Shown here: piece after piece, positions 10,634-23,506 of the stretch
How the letters are laid out: every line of letters starts with the position of its first letter
Position numbering within the stretch: the stretch's first letter is position 1
NCBI GenBank assembly: GCA_951406725.2
Contig: OX597822.1
Span: forward strand, 21,886,001 to 21,950,000
Reading direction: 5' to 3'
Origin: Octopus vulgaris
Lineage: Eukaryota
Length of the DNA stretch: 64,000 bases
The notes under the pieces: generated by a model
What the model saw: only the letters and a program-made list of their open reading frames with translations
Database searches by the model: none
Told to the model about the DNA's origin: nothing
Program-made: the position numbers and the translations under genes

Positions 10634-12224
10634 AGGACTGCCATGTTATGTTGGCAAATAATCTTTACTCTAGAGTACTGTTGCTGAATATCTCTCATTG
10701 AGAGATTTACAAATAGTAATTTTCAATAATTCTTTAGCTAGGCTGAACTGAGTACCATATTGGTAAGAGAGCAGTGTCCAAGATGTGTTGCAAAGCTTCT
10801 GATACTGGAGAGTAGGAAGGAGATATCCTCAAAGCAGAGACCTGAATGAAGAGCTTACATAAATGAGAACTCTACTAAAATTACCTAAGAACCAGATGGT
10901 GCTGTTTAAGTGTTTAAGTGATATAATATACCATACAAGTAGTCTATGGTAAGAGTTTAATGGAAAATACAAATAGCCAGAGCAAATACTACAAGATTTC
11001 TTAGCCAATGCTCTAACATTTCCACCTATCCATTACATTAGATTATTAGATTGCTATTTTATTTACCAACCTTGGAAAAGCATAAAGTAAAGTTGAATTC
11101 AGCAGGATTTGAACTCTAAATGTAGGGTGCAGAAATAGATACTGTAAAGCAATTTTTCTGAAGTTCTAATGAGACAAAGTCACTGCCTTGCAATTAGTTT
11201 GGGAGAATGTTGTTTGAAATCTAATCATGTTCCATGTGATAGAGCCTGCATCTCACCTGCATTGCTGGCAGAACCCATATATAATATACTATAGGTGATA
11301 ATCATAATAACAATGTTGCTCATGGTATGTGTGTTGCTGATGTTGGGGCTGTGGTAGTTATGGATGATTTCTTTCTCCATACATACAAATACCACATTTA
11401 CATATTATAATTCAATTTGTTGAGATATGTTTCATCATAGAAATACAAGCAGACACTGTAAATGGCTGCTGTTCCTGTTGCTGTTTTACTTGCCTTTGTT
11501 AATGGTTAGAAATATTATTGCAGTTGTTGGTGATATTCTTCATTGGTTCCATTCTTTTTCAAATTACTCACATTTTACTTGTATTTCACTTCTGTTTGTC
11601 TATTCATCAATCAATCTATCTGTCTAGAGCATTACTTAAAATTACATTTTCATCCACTTTATGTGTGTGTATATGTATGTGTGTCTATACATATATGTGT
11701 ATGTGTGTCTGTGTGTTTATACATATATTCAATCAGAAATTCCTATGCACAAAGGTGTGAGCAGATGTGTGTATATTTATTCTTACATGTATATAAATAC
11801 TTGTAAAATAGGATACAAAGATATAAAAAAAGCAAAATATAAATAACTTTACCATTAACACACATACATGCATGCGTGTGTGTGTATGTGTGCGTACGCA
11901 TGCACGCACGTGCATATGGAATCATAGCTTCAAATATATGCGGACACATACAGACACACTTTCACACATCATTGTGCAGAAACATACTGATGGGTACTTA
12001 CCAATCAATGATTGTATTTAAAGCAATGGTTATGAAAGAAAGGTATAGTTGAGATGAAATTATCAATCATTTGTAGGTGACACTTTGGTGAGGGAACAAC
12101 ATAGAAAGCAAGAGGGAGGGGTGATTGATTAACTGCCCCATTCCCCTGTGCATTGTTTTTTGTCTGGCAACATTCATTTACAATGTTGAGAGGGGCAGAA
12201 CACCGGAAATTATAAAACAGAACA

Positions 12225-12292
12225 TATATGTATACATATATGAATACATAAACATATATAGGTATGTACATATATGTATATATATATATGTA

Positions 12293-12353
<61 letters not shown>

Positions 12354-12488
12354 TTATGTACACACATACACACACACACATACAATGCATTTTTATATCA
12401 CAGCCTCTGCTTGTATGTGTATGTATGTGTAATTATATATATATAATAGTATATTTATATGTATGTATTTTTGTGTGTATATATATAT

Positions 12489-12519
<31 letters not shown>

Positions 12520-12547
12520 TGTATATTTATATGTATGTATTTTTGTG

Positions 12548-12589
<42 letters not shown>

Positions 12590-12600
12590 TGCATGCACAT
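12225..12600. repeat. Compound (TA)n/(TG)n/(CA)n microsatellite block
   Basis: Directly visible. Confidence 0.9.
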
Positions 12601-13503
12601 GTAACCGTTATTTCTCATTGATTTCCATTGCTGATTTATGTACCGCATTATTTGTGTGCATGTGTATGTGAAACACAGAGAGTAGACATGGAAGTGTGTA
12701 TATGTGCATGTGTTTGTGTTAAGTGGCAATTGTATGTTGTGTAGAGTCAGACATGTGTATATGGTTTAGAAATAGATGTATACATGTAAGGAGTAAATAT
12801 ATGAATATATGATATATGTGCAGGCAGAATTAGATGAAAATATATGGGGATGTATGGGTGGATGTTTTCATCTTGGGATGGATATTCATGTTGTGTCTAT
12901 AGGAGTTAATATTTCTGTACAGAAGTGTAGATAACTGTGTTTATGAATAAGTGTATGTGTTGATATGTATGTCTGAATCTATACACATATTAGTATGTAC
13001 ATATGCATTTGTGTACATGTAAACTTGTATGTGTATGTTTGTACTTTCACATGTGTGATTGCTGGCTAATTAGCAGACGTTACCTGTTATTCAATGGCAG
13101 CAACAGCAGTAGCACATATACACATTTATTTAAAAAAGAAATATATTACAAAAAAACTTCAAAGAATAAAAGTGAATAATGATAGAAAAGTGATAACAAC
13201 AGTATCAACTACAAACAAACTACATAAAGCAATAATAACAACTACGGTAGACTTCATTATCATCATCATTATTAACAGCAGGATGCAAAAATGACAACTC
13301 ACATTGTCATTAACAACGACCAGAGAAAAAATTTTTTACCATAAGCAAGTCACATGATGATTATCATTGTCATCATCATCATCAATAATGACAAATGTGA
13401 AAAAAAAACAGAACAAATCACTTTAACTTGATTAAAATCATTACTTAAAGCAACAACCACCACAACAACTAGGACAATAAATGTAAAAGCAAAAAATCAT
13501 GGC

Positions 13504-13505
<2 letters not shown>

Positions 13506-13561
<56 letters not shown>

Positions 13562-13654
13562 TGTATGTATATATTTATATATATACATATAAATATATAT
13601 ACATATATATATATATACAATACATGTATGTACTTATGTATATATATATATACA

Positions 13655-13700
<46 letters not shown>

Positions 13701-13776
13701 TATATATATATCTACATATATGTATATATATACATATATATAAATATATGCATATATGCATATATACATATACATC

Positions 13777-13820
<44 letters not shown>

Positions 13821-13960
13821 ATACACATATACATATATATACATAAATACATATATATATAGATATATACATATACATATATACATATATATATAGATAT
13901 ATATACACACATACATATATTTACATAGAAATGTGCACAGATACATAAATATGCACACAT
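13506..13960. repeat. Compound (TA)n/(TATG)n/(TACA)n microsatellite block
   Basis: Directly visible. Confidence 0.9.
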
Positions 13961-14091
13961 TCACATGAACATGAATATAAATACAACAACAATTAATAAC
14001 ACCAATAACATTAACAATTAATCAATCAAAATTTATATTAAATATAAGAATTCAAAACACTAACATTCAAGACTGTAAAATGTGTGTTTAT

Positions 14092-14124
<33 letters not shown>

Positions 14125-14599
14125 TCAATAATATATTCAGCTAACCAATACTTGCATAGAAATGGAGGTAAAAATAATTGAACGAACAGACAAAGTATGT
14201 ATGTATGTATGTTGTGGACATATATATACTTAATGATTCACACTTTTCAATGATTTAACAGGTAGATGTTATGACTTTTGTCTGTACGAATGAAGCAAAT
14301 GAGAAACATAGACCTTGACTGTACCATATTAAGACAACATGGAGTATTTATTACAATCTGCCTCGTTTGGATACGTAAATGTTTCATTGGCCATTCAGCC
14401 ACTGCTAAAAAAAAAAAAAAGACAGTTACTTGTTTAAGAACACAGTGTACAATAGTTGTAAATCTCATAATTAGTTGGTACATAAATCACCCTAGAATGG
14501 ACAAATAAATGAAGAGGTTATTGTATATTTATAACTTAGATAACATAGATAGGCTTTGGTCATTATTAGGTCATGTCTAACTTAATACCACCTCCTTGA

Positions 14600-15180
14600 T
14601 AGTGTTTTAGGAAATCATATTGCACTTGAGTATACCAAGTTCTAGCTGGGTGTTGGTAATTTGTTTTCTTCTTGGAGGAATTTGTCCAAGCACAATTTGA
14701 ATGTTAAGTGTTTTTCCTTCACAGATTTAGAAAAAAATATAATTTTGATGAATACAGGACAGTTGAAGTAAAAGAAGTTGTATCCTAATGTTCTTAAGTA
14801 AGATGAGCTTGACTTTTGTAGAGGATGCATGGCTCAGGTGCTGAACCTTGGATAGCTTTTAAACTTGATACCAGCATCATTTGCTCAGTATGGATGGAAT
14901 GTTTCCTACATTGTACCAATGATGTAGCTTTCACAGAGATATAATAAATGTCTCAGAAAGGCAGTAAAGAAAGAATACCTTCAGAATTGGGAATGAATCT
15001 TGAGAAGCTTAAATACATGTCAGCAATTATGTACCAGATAAATGCATGTGAATTCAAACAATACAACCTTGGTTCATCTAAATGGAATATTTAATCGGTG
15101 TAGGATGCCCAGTGACTTAATCAGTAATCAGAGTTGTGATTTATATCTATGTGAATGAAATAATTGGATAAAATGCATAT
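14600..15180 (-). mobile_element. Highly degraded CR1-like LINE ORF2 3' fragment
   Basis: Minus-strand remnants ...ESYIIGTM...GIKFKSYPRF...SSSYLRTLGYNFFYFNCP...FKLCLDKFL resemble the CR1-like C-terminus seen at 18648-18870. Confidence 0.45.
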
Positions 15181-15340
15181 TGCATGTATCTTGAATTGAA
15201 AAAGAAAAATGTGGAATATTTACCACAAATCACAGCTTTACACAATATCATCTAAATGTTTTGGTAACTATGCACATAGTCAGTCACTAATAAACAGGCA
15301 TGCATACATATAATACACATGTTTATTCACACACACACAC

Positions 15341-15371
<31 letters not shown>

Positions 15372-15451
15372 TGTATGTATGTATGTATGTATGTATGTGT
15401 GTGCGCGTGTGCATGTATGTATGTATGTTGTATGTGTGTGTGTGCGTGTGC

Positions 15452-15481
<30 letters not shown>

Positions 15482-15482
<1 letters not shown>

Positions 15483-15658
15483 GTTAATCCAAACGTGAAA
15501 GCACAAAAAAACACAACAACATGAGGACGTGGAACAAATATAGAAGGAAAGAAGGAGGGTTTAACGTTTCAAGTGGAGCTCTTCGTCGGAAACATAGGAG
15601 AAGGAAAGATCCAGAGAAGGGAAGACAGAGGGAAAAAAAATCGCTAACGGTACACATG
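15482..15658 (-). mobile_element. Short non-autonomous repeat family D carrying an HHR-like core
   Basis: Homologous to 33751-33893 and to the reverse complement of 38248-38422. The minus strand reads GTTT-CCGACGA-AGAGCTCCACTT-GAAACGTT-AAAC. Confidence 0.75.
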
Positions 15659-15809
15659 TATGTATGAATGTATGTTTATTTGTATGTATGTATGAGCTTG
15701 ACTTCTCTGGCCTATAGGATCCTATCAAATCATCTGTAACCCATGTCAGCTCAGAAGATAGTTAAATGATAATGATGAAATTATATATCTTCTTTTAATT
15801 TTATCTTTT

Positions 15810-15925
15810 TACTAGTTTCAGTCATTAGACTACAGCCATGCTGGGGTACCACCTTGAAGAAATTTTAGTTGAATGAATCAGATCCAGTAAATTTTTTTTT
15901 TTAAGCCTGGTACTCATTCTAACAA
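15810..15925 (-). mobile_element. SINE family E, 3' part with LINE-derived tail
   Basis: Minus strand TTCAAGGTGGTACCCCAGCATGGCTGTAGTCTAATGACTGAAAC. Related copies lie at ~33495-33660 and ~60005-60190. Confidence 0.65.
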
Positions 15926-16218
15926 ATGGTTGATTTCATAAACTCATCATTTTGGGATCGCTAAAATATAGTATCACTCAATTTATTCAATTACTCACCT
16001 GTGCTAGTATGCAATGAACTGGCAAGTTAGTGTAGAGCTTGAATACCTGCCCAAACGTGGGGCTTCAATAACAGGTGGAGTGGTAACCTAGTTACTGTGC
16101 CTTGCTGCTGTATCAATGCTCCTATTGACTTGTAACATTCTAGATTATAGTTAATGCAACGTGCATGCACTCTTACATGTACACACACACACACGCACAC
16201 ACACTATCTCTCTCTCTC

Positions 16219-16497
16219 GGTAAAAATCCACTGCGAACGAGAAGCAGTTGAGAGGGAGAACAATTTCAGCCAGATGAAGTGTGGAGGTGTCAGGTTGGGG
16301 GTCAGGTTGAAGGTCCAAAAATTGTTTCAGTGTGAGAAGCCCTTTATTGTGTGGGATCTCCATATATAAACTCTTGACATCAAGAGTGAACAGAAATTTA
16401 GAGGGGCCAGAAGGGAAGGAGAAAGAGTTAAAGGGACAAAGTGCATGGTTAGTGTCATGGATGTGGGAGGGGATGGAGGCCACTTGGGGGGAAAGGA
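16219..16497 (-). pseudogene. PLE reverse transcriptase fragment (Neptune/Poseidon-like)
   Basis: PSHIHDTNHAL...FLFTLDVKSLYMEIPHNKGLLTLKQFLD...STLHLAEIVLPLNCFSF. This matches the PLE RT motif A context (DVxSLYTxIP). Confidence 0.85.
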
Positions 16498-16498
16498 C

Positions 16499-16656
16499 GA
16501 TGGGCTTCTCTCAGTTTCCATCTACTAAATCCACTCATAAGGTTTTGGTTGGACCAAGGCTATAGTAAAAGACACTTGCTCAAGGTGCCATGCAGTGGGA
16601 CTGAACCTGGAACCATGTAGTTGGGAAGTAAGCTTGTTACCACCCAGCCACTCCTG
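16499..16656 (-). mobile_element. tRNA-derived SINE family F
   Basis: Minus strand CAGGAGTGGCTGGGTGGTAACAAGC...GGTTCAGTCCCACTGCATGGCACCTTGAGCAAGTGTCTT. Further copies at ~22745-22900, 31405-31565, 33918-34080, 59575-59725 (+), 61040-61165 and 62217-62585. Confidence 0.8.
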
Positions 16657-16719
16657 AACCAGTACAACAAAGCTCTAAGAAAGTGGTTAGATGGAATAAA
16701 TCAAATATTACAAGAACAC

Positions 16720-17030
16720 AGCAAATCTCAACATAAAGCGGAAAAGGTGACATAATCTGGGATAATCCACCATAAAATCTACAAATAAAATTTTTTATAA
16801 CCAAAACATTCTTTTTGAAAAAACATTTCCCACTTGTACACATACCACAAAGTTTTAAATACAGTCATTAAAATTTATTCTAACACCCATAACTTCTAAA
16901 TAATAGCTATTTCCTATCAAATAAGACTAAATCAAAAACTAACTAACCTCAATCCAAATAAACATGATTATAAAAATGCATGCCCTCTACCAAGAAAATG
17001 TTTTACTGGGGAAATAGTGAATTGTGTTCC
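16720..17030 (+). pseudogene. PLE RT-endonuclease linker remnant
   Basis: KRKR/DIIWDNPP*NLQIK...FLKKHFP...YHKVLNTVIKIYSN...KNACPLPRKCFTGEIV. It resembles the conserved PLE IIWFNPP...KHFP...CPL..C linker. Confidence 0.65.
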
Positions 17031-17154
17031 AGGTTGACCCTTTCTATATACTCTGCAGAGAGATAATTATCTCAGTCCTTCCCATATGTGTCATCTCTCA
17101 TCAACTGGCACAAAGCTATCCCCTGTCCTTACTGCTACTCCTGCCCTGTTGAGG

Positions 17155-17425
17155 GGGTTTTGTCATTCGAGTTACTTGGTGACCCTGTCAGTGCTGGTAC
17201 TATGTAAAAAGCACTAGTGTTAGTGACACATAAAAAGCACTGATGCTCATGCCATGTAAAATTCTGGTGCCACGTAAAAAGTGGTTGGCATTAGGAAGGG
17301 CATCCAGCCTTAGAAACCATGCCCAAAATGGCTCTCAGACTTGCTAACTCCTGTCAAACTGTCTAACCCATACTACCATGGAAATGGATGTTTAATGATA
17401 GCGATGATAATGATGATGATGATGA
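17155..17425 (+). mobile_element. SINE-like family A copy
   Basis: Tandem GCTGGTGCCACRTAAAAAGCAC-like subrepeats, GGTTGGCATTAGGAAGGGCATCCAGC, and a (GAT)n tail. Confidence 0.75.
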
Positions 17426-17644
17426 TATATATATAGATGCCTTGAAGCCCAGGGCACTTATCCAGAAGATTACTTCAAGACACAAAGCATGTTATATAAA
17501 TCTGCCTAAATTCAGTGTCTTTGTTGCAAGAAACTATTAAAAGCTCTTATTTTAAATGCTATGTACATTAAATGATAATTATCTCCCACTGGATGGAGTA
17601 CACTTTTTTGTTGATCCTACATTAACAGAACAATATATATATTG

Positions 17645-17781
17645 TTAGGAAGGGCATCCAGCTGTAGAAACATTGCCAGATAAGACCGGAGCCTGGGGCA
17701 GCCTTCTGGCTTCCCAGATCCCTGGTCGGACCGTCCAACCCATGCTAGCATGGAAAACGGACGTTAAACGATGATGATGAT
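17645..17781 (+). mobile_element. 5'-truncated family A copy
   Basis: TTAGGAAGGGCATCCAGCTGTAGAAAC...GGACGTTAAACGATGATGATGAT. Confidence 0.75.
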
Positions 17782-17984
17782 ATATATAAAGTATGGGCAA
17801 AAAAGAATTGGTACACAGTGGCTTAATATGAGTGGAATATTCATTTCTCTATTTCTTTTAACTCATTGGCAGCCTTCTTTTTTTCATTTCTGGAGACTTT
17901 GAGTGAATGCTTGAGCCACAAGCAACTGTATATCTACTTTTACCCACCCCTGTATATCTATCTATCTGTCTGTCTGTCTGTCTA

Positions 17985-18023
<39 letters not shown>

Positions 18024-18647
18024 CTTGTGTGTACATTTAATTGTACAGCTGCTACTGTTGAGATCAGAGCTCCACATTGACTATCCTTGCCCAATATGCA
18101 TCCAGTATAATGGTTTGACTAGTACTCTCCTTGGTGGTATTAGTGGTTATGATGTACAGAGCAAATGTAGGAGAAATTAGGATAAGAACAAGCTTATACC
18201 ACTTTTTCTATGTACCACTAAGATTGTTTGGATTTCTGCATTGGACGTTTTAAGTGCTGTTGGGTGCTTAACTGCATAACACGATAAAATGTTCCCCTTA
18301 TGCCCTGATGTGGTTAAACATCTAATTGGACTTCGAACATCCAATGCAAATTTGCAAACAACCACAATAGTGAAACATGCATAGGAAGAAGTGATATCAA
18401 CTTGTGTTTATCGTAATTTCTCATACATATACACACAGACACACACATGCATGCTTAATATGCTAACAGTATTTACTAGCACTAAGTCCTCAACACCTCT
18501 CACACGGTCTATACAAGTCATATGTAATATTGGCCAAAGACATGAAATGATATGAAAGAATATATATATTCTTTCACACACACACTCATGCATATATACA
18601 CATAGATATAAGAAATCATAACATTTATAGTAGATATGTATATATTT

Positions 18648-19025
18648 TGGCATTGAAAGTTACCCCAACAGCGGAATGGCGCACCACTGCATGGTGCCAA
18701 AGATCCCAACAACACCATCAAAATACAGGACCAGATACTGCAACAGCTTGGGTTTCAGGGGACCACAGCTCTTCAATATCCTTCCTAAATGCCTGAGAGA
18801 CCTGCTGGTGTGGATGTGGGTTTCTTTAAAACTAAACTGGATCTCTTCTTGTCAGGGATTCCAGATCAGATAAACCTACCTCTTGGCAGGAAACACAGAT
18901 GCGGGCAGCGGCGTCGAACTCCCTTGTTGACCAAGTGCTACGTATCAGAGGTGGTTTCACATACTAGTGTAGCTCATTCAACGGTGGTGCCCCAGCATGG
19001 CCGCAGCTTTCAGGCTGAAACATTT
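18648..19025 (+). mobile_element. CR1-like LINE 3' end (ORF2 C-terminus and 3' UTR)
   Basis: HCMVPKIPTTPSKYRTRYCNSLGFRGPQLFNILPKCLRDL / VGFFKTKLDLFLSGIPDQ. The UTR ends GGTGGTGCCCCAGCATGGCCGCAGC...GCTGAAAC. Confidence 0.75.
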
Positions 19026-20216
19026 TTATGGATTTAAGGATTTATATACAAACATAGAATGGTGAAATGTGTGTAGCATTTTGTTTCTGAATAGATTTTC
19101 TTACGATGGTGAGGAAGATGCATTGGAACAGCCACTCTGACTCATGGGGCTTGCACTTGAGGACAGTTATCTCTGTCTCATGTTCCAACAGTGTTGTGGA
19201 CCAAGAATGCTAGAGGTCTCTGCTGCAACAGGCTTCATCATAAACCTGTCAGAGAGCCACTGATACCTTGACAGTTGTAAATGTTACAAAGCTTCTGGAA
19301 TGAAGAGAATAGCTTACTGAATGGCTGATCATCATAGAGTTCCTTTTAACACACATTCACTGATATGTGTGAAAGCAGGTAGGCTACAATTAAATCAATA
19401 TATGCACTTAAATCCACATTAAGTTCAAAGGAAGATCTGATAATATTCATAAGATATATACAAACACAGAATGGTGCTAGGTGTAACATTTTATCTCCAA
19501 GAAACTTCTCTGGAGAGACTTTATATTTTAAAAAACATAGAGCTCACTCTTCATTTGTAAATATATTATAAATATTTTACAAATATTTATTTTAATTCAA
19601 TCCTATTTCAGGTGCATATAAATGATTTGATTTTAGCCTGACCATCTTTCACACCAGTTATGTTACATTTGCTTATCTCCTGAGCATTCTGAGCCAAGTT
19701 AAAATCTTCATTCCAACTGGTATCTGACTATCTGTTGACAACATTCTGGGTGACTTCTGTGTTTTTAACACAAAAAAATTTCTTTATGAGATTTCTCAAA
19801 AGGTTACAGCTGGCATCATCTGTATTTGTAAGTACATTACAAATGCTATACATATTACTGTTTTAATCTAATGCTGTTTCAAGTGCACAAGCACACACAC
19901 TACACACACAGGCATTCATATATATGTGTGTGTGTGTGTATGTATGTGCTAGTATACATACATACACACACAGGTAGGTAGGTAAGTTGGTTGGTAGTAG
20001 GTAGATAGATCAATAGTGATGTGTTGATCTATATATATATATGTGTGTGTTTGTGTGTGTGTAACATATATGTATACATATATAGATAGGGTAGGGGCAG
20101 TTGCATGCATCAATAATTTATTCAAATCAAATTTAATAAAAGAAAAGGAGACAGAAAAACCAATCATAGTGTCAGCAGCAGACAACAACAGAAGATATAA
20201 CGACATGCAAATAAAC

Positions 20217-20266
<50 letters not shown>

Positions 20267-20287
20267 TAATAATAATAATAATAATAG
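20217..20287. repeat. (AAT)n microsatellite
   Basis: Directly visible. Confidence 0.95.
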
Positions 20288-21194
20288 CATTAATAGAAAC
20301 TGAGTTTGAAAAAAATAATAAACATTAGCGAGCATCAGAACAACAACTGCAATTAATTATAGACCTCAATGACAACAACAACAACAACAATAGAAATATC
20401 AATTGATTTTAGCTGTTGAACTATTTTTATTATCCCTTGATCTTTTTCTCTCATACTCTCTCCCTCTTTCCTTCTCGTATGCTTATAACAATCTCTCACC
20501 TTATCTCTCTGTATATATCTGTCAATCTACAACACTATTTCGCACTCTGTACCTACACACTTCTCTTTACAATCTCTCCTTCAAATCAAATTTCTCTATA
20601 ACTTCAAATGTTTCTCATACATCTTTCTCTCTCGTTCACCAATTTTCTCTCTCATTTTTACTCTCTAATTCTGCCTAGTATCACTACACTTTCATCTCAC
20701 TCCTGTTCCCCACTCTCTATCTCTTTCTCACCCTCTGTGTTTCTATCACTTTCTGTCCCAGTAGTGTCATAAACACAGTTTACAATATTTAGATATTTTC
20801 AAATAGTTTCAGTGGAATCGCTGGAGCTGTTGCAAAAACTGTGTGTATCTGTGCGCATCTGCCTGTATCTGTGTATCTGTGCATATGTGAAGATGCATGT
20901 GGTGGGTGCTTGTGTCAGGTGCATTGGAAAGATATCTGTTTATGTGGAATTAACTCTATACAACACACATACACAATCACCCACACATGTGAGTGTATGC
21001 ATATGACCATATATATATATTTAAATGTATGTACATATATGCATACAATGTAATGGTATGTATGTACGTACATACATATATATACACATACCCATGTGTT
21101 TGTGTATATATGCATTTATATATATGCATATTCATATATAAATGCATTCATATATGCATATATAAATATGTATGCATATATGTATCTCTCTCTT

Positions 21195-21251
<57 letters not shown>

Positions 21252-21410
21252 ATTTTAAGGGCTAAAAACCACAATGTGGACAGCTTTATGCTAGAAATAG
21301 ATCACCTACGATCAAACTACAAAGAAAGAATGTTCTCTAGAGAAAATTCAGCAGACACCAGAACAAAATGCGGGCAAGACAGAAGAAAGTTATATAAAAA
21401 TCAAGAAATA

Positions 21411-21485
21411 ATCGCATACCGGTTTCATCTATTAACAAATAAATCACTTACGTAATCCTTCGTCCGTAGGACTCATCAGTACGAT
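21411..21485 (-). ncRNA. Type I hammerhead ribozyme
   Basis: Minus strand ATCGTA-CTGATGA-GTC...GAT-GAAA-CCGG-TA-TGCGAT. It has a 6-bp stem I, palindromic ACCGGT stem III and a GUA triplet. Confidence 0.8.
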
Positions 21486-21954
21486 CGTTCCAAAAGCAAT
21501 ATAATTTGTAAAACTAACCACCAGTTTTCCGTATAAAAACAGACACGTGCTTAGTTCCACCAATTACATTGGGGTTAATTTCAAATGTCTGAGTTCTGGC
21601 GCACTAAATTCCGGAAACAAAGACTGCAGTAAATAATTTACTGCAGTTAATACTGCCTATTAGAGAACATATTTATTTTAACATTTAAATAATGAGGGAG
21701 ATAAATTGAATATTAATTTACTTAATATCAATTTAAAACCAGTAGCCTAGCATACAAAAATCTGAAAAATCAGAGAAAATTCTAATACATGTGTATATTT
21801 TAAGGTCTAAAAACCATTATGTGGACAGCCATATGCTAGAAATAGATCACCTCGATCAAACTACAAAGAAATAATGTTCTCTAGAGAAAATTCAGCAGAC
21901 ACCAGAACAATAAGTGGGCAAGACAGATGAAGATTATATAAAAAACAAGAATTA

Positions 21955-22029
21955 ATCACATACCGGTTTCGTCTATTAACGAATAAATCACTTACGTAAT
22001 CCTTCGTCCGTAGGACTCATCAGTACGAT
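21955..22029 (-). ncRNA. Type I hammerhead ribozyme (second tandem copy)
   Basis: Minus strand ATCGTA-CTGATGA-GTC...GAC-GAAA-CCGG-TA-TGTGAT. The core is intact. Confidence 0.8.
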
Positions 22030-22902
22030 CGTTCCAAAAGCAATATAATTTGTAAAACTGAATTTTCTCTAGAGAACATTCTTTCTTTGTAGTTTGATCA
22101 TAGGTGATCTATTTCTAGCATGTGGCTGTCCACATAGTGGTTTTTAGCCCTTAAAATATACACATGTATTAGAATTTTCTCTGATTTTTCAGATTTTTGT
22201 ATGCTGAGCTACTGGTTTTAAATTGATATTCAATTTATCTCCCTCATTATTTAAATGTTTTATATATATATATATATAGGTAGTGGGTTGTATAGCCTAC
22301 TGGAGATGATGTTTCATGGGGCTAAATAGCAGTAGCATTTGTGCTTACCAGGACTACCATGTTATGTTGGCAAATAATCTTTACTCTATCTATCTGTCTG
22401 TCAGTTTGTCTCTGTGTGTGTGCATGTGCATGCATCTATGTTCGTGTGCTTGTGTGTGTGTGTGTTACATTTACTTTTTCCATGCTTATATACGTCAGAA
22501 TTCATTGAGGTAGATTTTCTACCTCAAAGTACAAAATCAGGGTACGCTTCCTGTTGCCAACCTTCTCTTGTTTCTAAGTACTGTAATTATTTCTCTATGG
22601 ATGGATATGTGTTCAAGGAAGGTTGAAAAGTGACAACACCAATTGTATGCTGTTGATGGTTGTTTACTATCAAGCTATGTCAAACAGGGACGCACAAATA
22701 TATATAGACAGGCAGAAGGAAGGATGGATAAATATACACATGATTGGCTGCTTTCAGTTTCTGCCTACCAAATTCAAATTCACTCATGTGTCATTGGTTA
22801 GTTCAAGGCTATCATTGAAGACAATTGCCTAAAGTTCCAGGCTGTGAGACTGAACCCAAGACCACATAGTTAGAAACTGAATTTCTTAACCATACCATAA
22901 TG

Positions 22903-22941
<39 letters not shown>

Positions 22942-23239
22942 CTTAGCTGCTTTCTTGTATATGAGCAAACCCATTGCTAGAAAGAATCATTGAAATGAGT
23001 CATTGTTGATGAAATGTGAAGGCCTTGTATGACTCATGAAAGATTTGCATTGAAAGATTTGCACATTCTATTGCGTAATGCACAGCTGTGTCAGCTGGTA
23101 GAAGGAACAGGTGCCACAGTAGGAATTATTTTAACATACCTTTTCCATCTTCTAACTGAGAGGGACACCTTTCCACAGGTTGCACATGTTCTGCCATATC
23201 ACAATTTACCACACACAGACATATATATATATATCATGT

Positions 23240-23468
23240 GAATACATGACTGACCAGACTATTAAATGCTGTTATGCCTTGCTGGTCACAATGCACATTG
23301 CTGGCTAGGCGAGCAGGCCAATATTCCTTCTTGATCGAAATGGGAACTGGAGCAATGTGAAATGAAGAGTTTTGCTCAGAAACGCAACATTCTGCCCAGT
23401 CTGGGGTATCAAACCCACGATCTAGCGATTGTGAGTATCACATCCCTAAAAACTAGGTTACATACCTT
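23240..23468 (-). mobile_element. Degraded tRNA-derived SINE
   Basis: The head resembles 29883-30132 (...CTGAGCAAAACTCTTCATTTCACATTGCTCCAGT on the minus strand). Confidence 0.6.
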
Positions 23469-23506
23469 TACATCTCTCTTTCTCTCTCTCTACAAATATA
23501 TATGTA

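Larger units (their letters stand above)
21250..22260 (-). mobile_element. Non-coding PLE-pLTR/retrozyme-like element: tandem repeat plus inverted partial copy, with two hammerhead ribozymes
   Basis: Unit 21250-21515 is repeated at 21795-22059, and 22060-22260 is the reverse complement of ~21678-21893. The element is flanked by (TA)n/(TG)n. Confidence 0.85.

Noticed and set aside
19045-19512. Degenerate ~55-bp direct repeat (19047 and 19458) as a possible LTR or pLTR pair
   Set aside because: Too short and diverged; no TG...CA ends, PBS or convincing HHR core
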